DNA of 60,331 nt from positions 1 through 60,331 of the IMG/VR virus record IMGVR_UViG_3300025120_000050; one strand, written 5' to 3'. The first letter of the stretch is position 1; each line of letters starts with the position of its first letter. The translations under genes were made by a program, and so were the position numbers. A model generated the notes under the pieces. It searched no databases and was not told the DNA's origin. It saw only the letters and a program-made list of their open reading frames with translations. Below are positions 55,401 through 60,331 of this stretch, one piece after another. The DNA comes from a virus (lineage: Duplodnaviria > Caudoviricetes).

Positions 55401-58080
55401 CAAATCTTGCATTAGAAATAAATCCTGGGAAATATTCTCCACCATAACCCCATCCAGTAATTAAATCTGTGAATACATCTGAATTATTATCTGTTGCTTC
55501 CCAAATTTTCCTGCCATCTACAAAACCACGAACAGTGGTTCCTGATTTTGTTAACGCTATATGCGTCCACTTATTAAAAGCAGCAGTATTAATTGTTCCA
55601 CTACCTGCGTTGTCGGTGTAGAACTGATATTGTCCTAACCTAATTCTAAACTGGGTATAGGCGTCTCCATCCGTACTTTCATCAGCACTCATAATTCTAT
55701 AAGTTCCCCCAGCGCTACCAGTGCAATAGAAGTAACATTCCATGCACCAATTAGAACTTGCTGCTAAAGTACCAGGTCCAGTTACTGACAAATAATCACC
55801 AGTACCATCAAAACTCACAGCACCATCAGTGACTTTAGCAAGTTTAGAACCACCACTTACACCTGATGGAGTATTTGGGAGAATGTCTGGGGATGTTGCA
55901 GGAACCACAAAGTTACTGGTGTATTTTGCTACTCCTTTATAAACACGAAAGTCTGAAATATTTCCCACCCAAAGATAACTGGTACTGTAATATCCACCAA
56001 TAGCTAAGTATGTTCCACTGTAGTTCCTTGAATCTGAAATTGTTGTGGCATCTTTAACACCATTCACAAACAGATTTAAAGATGTAGAACTACGAACCAA
56101 TGCTAAATGAACCCATTTATTTGTAATAACTGCTGTTGAAAATGGTGTTGAAGTATTATTTGCATATGATCGGTAAACACTACCATTTGTTTGTAAAGTA
56201 ATAGTATCCGATTGTGTTGCAGCCAATCCGCCAGAAGTTGTTGATATTTGGAAAATACCATCTTCAGCACTGGCAGCAGAGGTTTGATAAACCCAACACT
56301 CAATAGTAAAATTACCCGTACCAAATGTTAAATCAGCACTACTACTACTACTTAAATAGTCACCACTACCATCAAATACAAAACTTCCACCATAGAAGTT
56401 ACTAGCAGCATTTGAAGCAACAGGATCACCATTTGATGTAATTGTCTTTGTTGTGCTTCCACTATTAACAGAATTACTTACATCATTCGCACTACCAACT
56501 AATGGAAGTGCAAGAGTATTCTTCCAGGCATAAGGGTCTGCTTTGGTTTCATCAGTTGTTATACTGATACTATTACCCATACCACTATGGTTAGTGCAAT
56601 AATAATATAACGTATTTGGAGCATTATGTGGAACAGTAAAACTAATTACGTTTGAAACAGAAGTATTTGTTCCATTAGTATACTCTGTACTTCCAGCAGC
56701 ATCAGCAGCAGTAGCAAATCTTAGTGGGTGACCAGTAGAAGCATTATAATCAAAGGTATAGGTCGCACCTCTTATAAAACTAAATGTAGGTTGAGTTCCT
56801 TCATTTTCAAATACATATTTTCCACCACTATTTGTTGCCGATGTTGTTGTATACTGAGCACCTACTTCACTACCAAATACACCAGGTCTTGCTACATTAC
56901 CACCACCATCTGTGTTTAGGATAGGTCTTGCACCTGTTGCTTTAGGAAGTGCTACTGAACCACCAAAGTTTACTGGTGTCCAGTTGTTTCCTTTACCAGA
57001 TTTATCTTCTCCAATTAGTGAGTTTCCATCCATTGGGAGGTAGAATGAGTTACTTGCAGATGGGGTTTGAGTCTGTCCCGTAATAATTGTTCCGTCTATG
57101 CGTAAAGCATAAACAAGTTGCGTGTGTGCCCCAGATGTATATGCAATCCGAATAGAAGATAGACTACCACTTGTGTGGGTAGTAATGTTGAACCAACTTT
57201 GCGAACCAACTGATGGCAAACTTGATGGAACAGTGCCATTAATCTGGAAACCATCCCATCCATTAGATGCAAGTACACTAAGTTCAATCGTAGTGCCAGT
57301 TTTTGGTGTCGCAAAAGTCATTAGCTGATAACGATCACCTGATGCAGCAGCTTGCCAGTATGTGCCTGTGCTACCATCAAACATATCGGCAGGTTCTCTA
57401 TTTAAATAATTTGAACCACCTGATATTACATAATCACCTACTGGAGCAAATGTTCCTTCATACTTTTTAGGTCTCCAAGTATTAGTGAGTCCGTCAGTAT
57501 ATCCAAAATTTTCAGGTCCAAGTGCTAGTCCGTCTATCAGATAGACCTGAGACATTTCACCCTTGAAGGTATTACCATTCCAAAGATACCCAAGATAATG
57601 AGGTTCAGCAGTAGAATTAACCCAAGACTCATAATTTTGTCCACCAGCAAAAGTATTGGTGTTTCTAGATATCTCTACACCATTGACATATATTGTAGAA
57701 TCAGTTTGATATCCTGATCCAGTAGAATCAAAAACAGCAACAATATGATACCATCCAGTATCTCTCAAGAGATTATTTGATGTTATTTCTACCTTATCAG
57801 AACTACCAGTTTTTGATGCAATTGCAATATCAGAGGCTAGTGATTTATAAGTATAAATCTGAGTAAAATCACTGCTACTGTTTCCAGCAACAAGAAGAGG
57901 TTCTGATTGAGCGGCATTTTCATTAAATTTAATCCAACTACTATAAGTCCATGTCCTTCTATTTCCATTGGATGAAGGTGTTCTTGTTAAATATCCACCA
58001 TTAAACTTCAAACTACCATCAATAACCTGAGCACCAGATGCCCTATCAGATGTAACTACCTGAGGTAATGCTATTCCCAT
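52474..58080 (-). CDS. Tail fibre / receptor-binding protein with LamG/ConA-like and SPRY-like modules
   Basis: RTWTYSSWIK..WYHIV, FDG.GDYL..FTIECWVY..WVHLALVR, SSGKWYFE..GDTIGVA..NFGQKPF, IPHGL..P, YIYCAWAE.P. Confidence 0.85.
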   Translation of the reverse strand: MGIALPQVVTSDRASGAQVIDGSLKFNGGYLTRTPSSNGNRRTWTYSSWIKFNENAAQSEPLLVAGNSSSDFTQIYTYKSLASDIAIASKTGSSDKVEITSNNLLRDTGWYHIVAVFDSTGSGYQTDSTIYVNGVEISRNTNTFAGGQNYESWVNSTAEPHYLGYLWNGNTFKGEMSQVYLIDGLALGPENFGYTDGLTNTWRPKKYEGTFAPVGDYVISGGSNYLNREPADMFDGSTGTYWQAAASGDRYQLMTFATPKTGTTIELSVLASNGWDGFQINGTVPSSLPSVGSQSWFNITTHTSGSLSSIRIAYTSGAHTQLVYALRIDGTIITGQTQTPSASNSFYLPMDGNSLIGEDKSGKGNNWTPVNFGGSVALPKATGARPILNTDGGGNVARPGVFGSEVGAQYTTTSATNSGGKYVFENEGTQPTFSFIRGATYTFDYNASTGHPLRFATAADAAGSTEYTNGTNTSVSNVISFTVPHNAPNTLYYYCTNHSGMGNSISITTDETKADPYAWKNTLALPLVGSANDVSNSVNSGSTTKTITSNGDPVASNAASNFYGGSFVFDGSGDYLSSSSSADLTFGTGNFTIECWVYQTSAASAEDGIFQISTTSGGLAATQSDTITLQTNGSVYRSYANNTSTPFSTAVITNKWVHLALVRSSTSLNLFVNGVKDATTISDSRNYSGTYLAIGGYYSTSYLWVGNISDFRVYKGVAKYTSNFVVPATSPDILPNTPSGVSGGSKLAKVTDGAVSFDGTGDYLSVTGPGTLAASSNWCMECYFYCTGSAGGTYRIMSADESTDGDAYTQFRIRLGQYQFYTDNAGSGTINTAAFNKWTHIALTKSGTTVRGFVDGRKIWEATDNNSDVFTDLITGWGYGGEYFPGFISNARFVNGSSVYTSEFNPPTRTLTNVTNTKLLCCQSNSEGPQKTAVIPSVTGTAYAMWPVNSDINDDSGNNRTLTANGGSTSFLSADANKFGITNAANFVKDGKYLSYAVTPASAWTIDGYIRLETATTSAPYILGWNGTNGNDTSFGFPSDGSLKFNVFGSFGVLDSGVVAEIGRWYHIRMTTNSTSDLKLFVDGVLVAQQTSSDGDPTSPITFGDVQSGRFSGQVAGVRYTPTDLGAPILGGEVTSNGVTTNSPPVGIKLNGNVSADNFNPFTTDINAVRGQETRYCTLNPLDKSPQTNIVLTNGNLDAANTSSSGQGRVDGTIAFSSGKWYFEGTVTGSSNYHEIGIIKTDQLLAYGIGFYSGGYSYNQAGNKFNSNATVTYGGSYTTGDTIGVAFNLDKGTLVFYKNGVSRGIAYTGLSGEFTFTVGTYSSGANFGWSSNFGQKPFKYAPPEGFQPLNAANVTPETVITRPTNFVDVRSGLQAQYKITDLDFKTDLTIAKSTSNSEYWIWADSVRGFNGGLKSDTTNADGSGLAIANVNGNGYESDSNWFTGSRTYTTYNFKAGGNKNTFNIDDVGYASAAAANMSVGSLNSASYNQTQTWSNNVTTTGNSGNFLAKTAMFDADLTNYTHCNGDGSAAVSVRLTLSPAVQCNSSVSLFGGITSGTSGTITINGTTTFNLTPCATVDPAFSDVTTVPFSGPITSITITKTTVNAAGMILYGWRIDDKLLIDNGVTPTNSPSLAATGASVGTKQGFSIIKYAGSNNSSAKTIPHGLSQKPDFMIIKQLTDSSTAWTIYHSASNVKPNLKYLEFDDGDITDATGPWGDFDPTSSVFTVGSGYNNVNRVSRNFISFHWHNVPGLQKFGSYTGNNDSDAADGPFVELGFRPSLLWIKRLGTGNWIVYDNKRDTINPLNGRLKLNTDGANVDNSGYNLDFLSNGFKITGGNNDNYNAASTYIYCAWAEAPEFNLYGGQSNAR

Positions 58081-58090
58081 TTATCTACCC

Positions 58091-59668
58091 TCAGTTAAAG
58101 TTAAGTGATGCGCCAGCAAGCAGTTGTGTTCCTGCTGTTCCTACCCTATTTACCGTGAATGAAATCAAACTAATTGCTCCACTTGCAGTCGGTAATGATG
58201 GTGTAGAACCTGATGGGAATAAGAAATATGTGCTAAATCCTACAGTTGTAATACCAGAATTGATAATCCTTACTGTATGACTATCTGCTTCTGTTCCACC
58301 AGACACTGTGATGGTTGTAATGCCAGATGCAGTAATCTTATGGTCTTGTGCTGCTGTAAGGTTCAGTGTGGTAACAATACCAGATGATACAAGTGCTTCT
58401 GTGGTAATTCCAGCAGCAGGTTGTGTGGCAGCAACATTAGAATTGGTATTTACAGCATTGCCCATGTAAGCATGAGCAGAACACTGATAATGAAGCACTT
58501 GTGGAGTGCTATCTGTTACAACTATTTCGGTATATGTTGATGTGGAAGTAACATTCGTGGTATATGCGGTAGTTTTATCTGCCTCAAGATAGAATCTAAA
58601 TGGATGACTTGTCATGTCACTTGAACTTAGAGTAAATCTATAAGTTCTACCAGGTGTTAATGTAAGGAACGGAGATTGTATTCCATCAATTAAATATGCA
58701 TTACTACTTCCTGTTCCATTATATCTGTGTGCTGTGGTCTTGGCAGCAACTGTGACCGCAAAGTTTACTGTAGTGCTAAAAGGTGCTCTTAGATAATCAT
58801 ATCCTGCAAATGCCGTTCCAGTTACCAACCCAACAGCATTAATACCACCAGCAAGAACTTTAATTCCAGTCCTTGCCGTTACAATACCAAGAGAATCAAT
58901 ATTAGTTACATCTTCGTATGTAAGAACACCAGTGAATGTTGCAGCAACACCAACGAGATTTCCAATTGTTATATTTGGTGCGCCAGATAATCCAGCAGCA
59001 GTTCCTGATGTATTTTGAGTTCCTGATTGATTGACTCCAGGAAGGTTAATATCTCCAGATCCATTAAAAGCAACACCACCAATATTTCTGGACGCTGCTA
59101 AAACTGTTGCAGAACTGGCATTACCAGTCAAAGCACCAACAAAACCACCAGTTGATGTTGTTACACCAGTAACTTCTAAATTATTTTGTATCTTAACTTT
59201 CTTTGTGGTAGTAACACCGAGTACACCATCATAGTTACTCCAAGTGCCACCAGCACCTGCTGAACCACCACCACCAGAAATACTTACATCAATGGTTCCA
59301 CCATTTAGTGAAATGGAATTACCAGTTCCTACAAAATTAAGAGTATTTACATTTCCAATCAGTGCTCCACCAGATTGAATGCCAATTCTATTTACATCAC
59401 CTAAATTAAATGCCTTATATGCAACACCTTCTAAAACATCACCATTAATCGCAGCAGATATCAAAGAAATAGTAGAGGTATCAGTCGCACTATAATCGAC
59501 TCCCTCTATTAGTTTTGCTCCATTCAGGAATAAATCTAAATATCCAACTGTATACCCAGATGAAAAGGTAAAGTTTGTTGTAACTCCAGTCGGGGAAAAA
59601 GTCTGCCTTGCAACAGTTACAGCCGAATCACTCGGTGCCCTTCCAATATATCCGTTGCGATCTGCCAT
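58091..59668 (-). CDS. Tail fibre-like structural protein
   Basis: GYIGRAP, TYEDVTNIDSLGIVTAR, RNIGGVAFNGSGDINLPGVN, TP..LHYQCSAHAYMG. Confidence 0.85.
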   Translation of the reverse strand: MADRNGYIGRAPSDSAVTVARQTFSPTGVTTNFTFSSGYTVGYLDLFLNGAKLIEGVDYSATDTSTISLISAAINGDVLEGVAYKAFNLGDVNRIGIQSGGALIGNVNTLNFVGTGNSISLNGGTIDVSISGGGGSAGAGGTWSNYDGVLGVTTTKKVKIQNNLEVTGVTTSTGGFVGALTGNASSATVLAASRNIGGVAFNGSGDINLPGVNQSGTQNTSGTAAGLSGAPNITIGNLVGVAATFTGVLTYEDVTNIDSLGIVTARTGIKVLAGGINAVGLVTGTAFAGYDYLRAPFSTTVNFAVTVAAKTTAHRYNGTGSSNAYLIDGIQSPFLTLTPGRTYRFTLSSSDMTSHPFRFYLEADKTTAYTTNVTSTSTYTEIVVTDSTPQVLHYQCSAHAYMGNAVNTNSNVAATQPAAGITTEALVSSGIVTTLNLTAAQDHKITASGITTITVSGGTEADSHTVRIINSGITTVGFSTYFLFPSGSTPSLPTASGAISLISFTVNRVGTAGTQLLAGASLNFN

Positions 59669-60204
59669 TAGTTGACTCCTGTCAAGATGCTGATATTTGC
59701 ATCAATTGCGTTTGCAGTGTCACAGTAAATCTTGATAGAATCACCAGATTCAAGAAGTGTTTTACCTGTATCAGAGATAACAAATGAACTTCCAGCAGGA
59801 ACAGGAATTTTACTTGCTACTGCTACAGTAACTGATGCACTAGTATCTGTGACTTCGACGGTTAGACCAACTTGACCGTTGGTATTATTAGCAAAAGTTC
59901 CACCGATTAAAATAGTTTTAACTCCAGTAGAAGTGTAAAGTGTATGTGGATTTAGAAACTTTACATTCTGACTTGATACTGCAGCAGTGTTTGTCGAATT
60001 TCTATCACAGGTCACTATACCAACACCAATTGAAGAAACTTTTGTTCCACCAAGGTAATTGCCAGTATCAACTAAATCACCAATTGATACCCCTCCAGTA
60101 GAGATGCCCGTAATTTTGTTGGTCGTGATGCCAACAGAACCACCGGTACTGCTGGTTACAACACCTACCGCTCTTGCTAATTTATTTGAAAAAGACTCTG
60201 CCAT
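59668..60204 (-). CDS. Tail-associated structural protein
   Basis: MAESF..IPVPAGSS..GK..LESGD.I family pattern, between fibre genes. Confidence 0.75.
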   Translation of the reverse strand: MAESFSNKLARAVGVVTSSTGGSVGITTNKITGISTGGVSIGDLVDTGNYLGGTKVSSIGVGIVTCDRNSTNTAAVSSQNVKFLNPHTLYTSTGVKTILIGGTFANNTNGQVGLTVEVTDTSASVTVAVASKIPVPAGSSFVISDTGKTLLESGDSIKIYCDTANAIDANISILTGVN

Positions 60205-60224
60205 CGTTTTTTAAGTGTTAGGAT

Positions 60225-60231
60225 TATTTAT
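60225..60231 (-). promoter_or_regulatory. Late promoter (ATAAATA)
   Basis: Upstream of ATG 60204. Confidence 0.6.
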
Positions 60232-60331
60232 CAACCGCCAAGTGCGATTACGAGACCAAGTGAGACACTCGGTTGAATGTTTACTGTTGCTATTCCAGCA
60301 GGAGTAGCAGAACCAGCAGCAACTGTAATAG
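60231..60331 (-). CDS. 3' end of a fibre-like gene (partial)
   Basis: Manual: ...ITVAAGSATPAGIATVNIQPSVSLGLVIALGG*. Confidence 0.7.
   Translation of the reverse strand, partial: ITVAAGSATPAGIATVNIQPSVSLGLVIALGG

Noticed and set aside
677-59234. All plus-strand ORFs in the track
   Set aside because: They are antisense shadows of well-supported minus-strand genes, with no recognisable motifs.
52474-59668. Diversity-generating retroelement acting on the fibre genes
   Set aside because: No reverse transcriptase and no template/variable repeat pair with adenine-specific mismatches seen in this window.

Overview
AT-rich 60 kb fragment of a T4-like cyanomyovirus (Kyanoviridae-like; a picocyanobacterial host is inferred from cp12 and NtcA-type sites). 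Almost all genes are on the minus strand. In transcription order (right to left): tail-fibre genes (52.5-60.3 kb); an early/accessory block of about 45 small ORFs driven by repeated sigma70-type promoter modules (38.9-52.4 kb); a mostly non-coding control region (38.15-38.93 kb); a glycosyltransferase/cp12 cluster; the late structural run gp25-gp6-gp7-gp8-VrlC-gp13-gp14-gp15-gp16-(accessory virion genes)-gp17; and an HNH + DNA methyltransferase cassette cut by the window edge. The most striking unexplained structure is at 38.3-38.9 kb: about 12 copies of a quasi-palindrome AT(G/T)TG-GGA/TCC-CA(C/A/T)AT, interleaved with four near-consensus sigma70 promoters (two divergent pairs, including the only plus-strand promoters I found) and a 60-aa candidate DNA-binding ORF. 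This is a candidate iteron-type origin or genetic switch. Other highlights: a 525-aa candidate prohead-protease-cleaved polyprotein of basic modules, a T4-like capsid-targeting sequence, duplicated NtcA-type promoters, and a direct-repeat-flanked cassette whose -35 box sits in a terminator loop. All calls come from reading the sequence; no searches were run.
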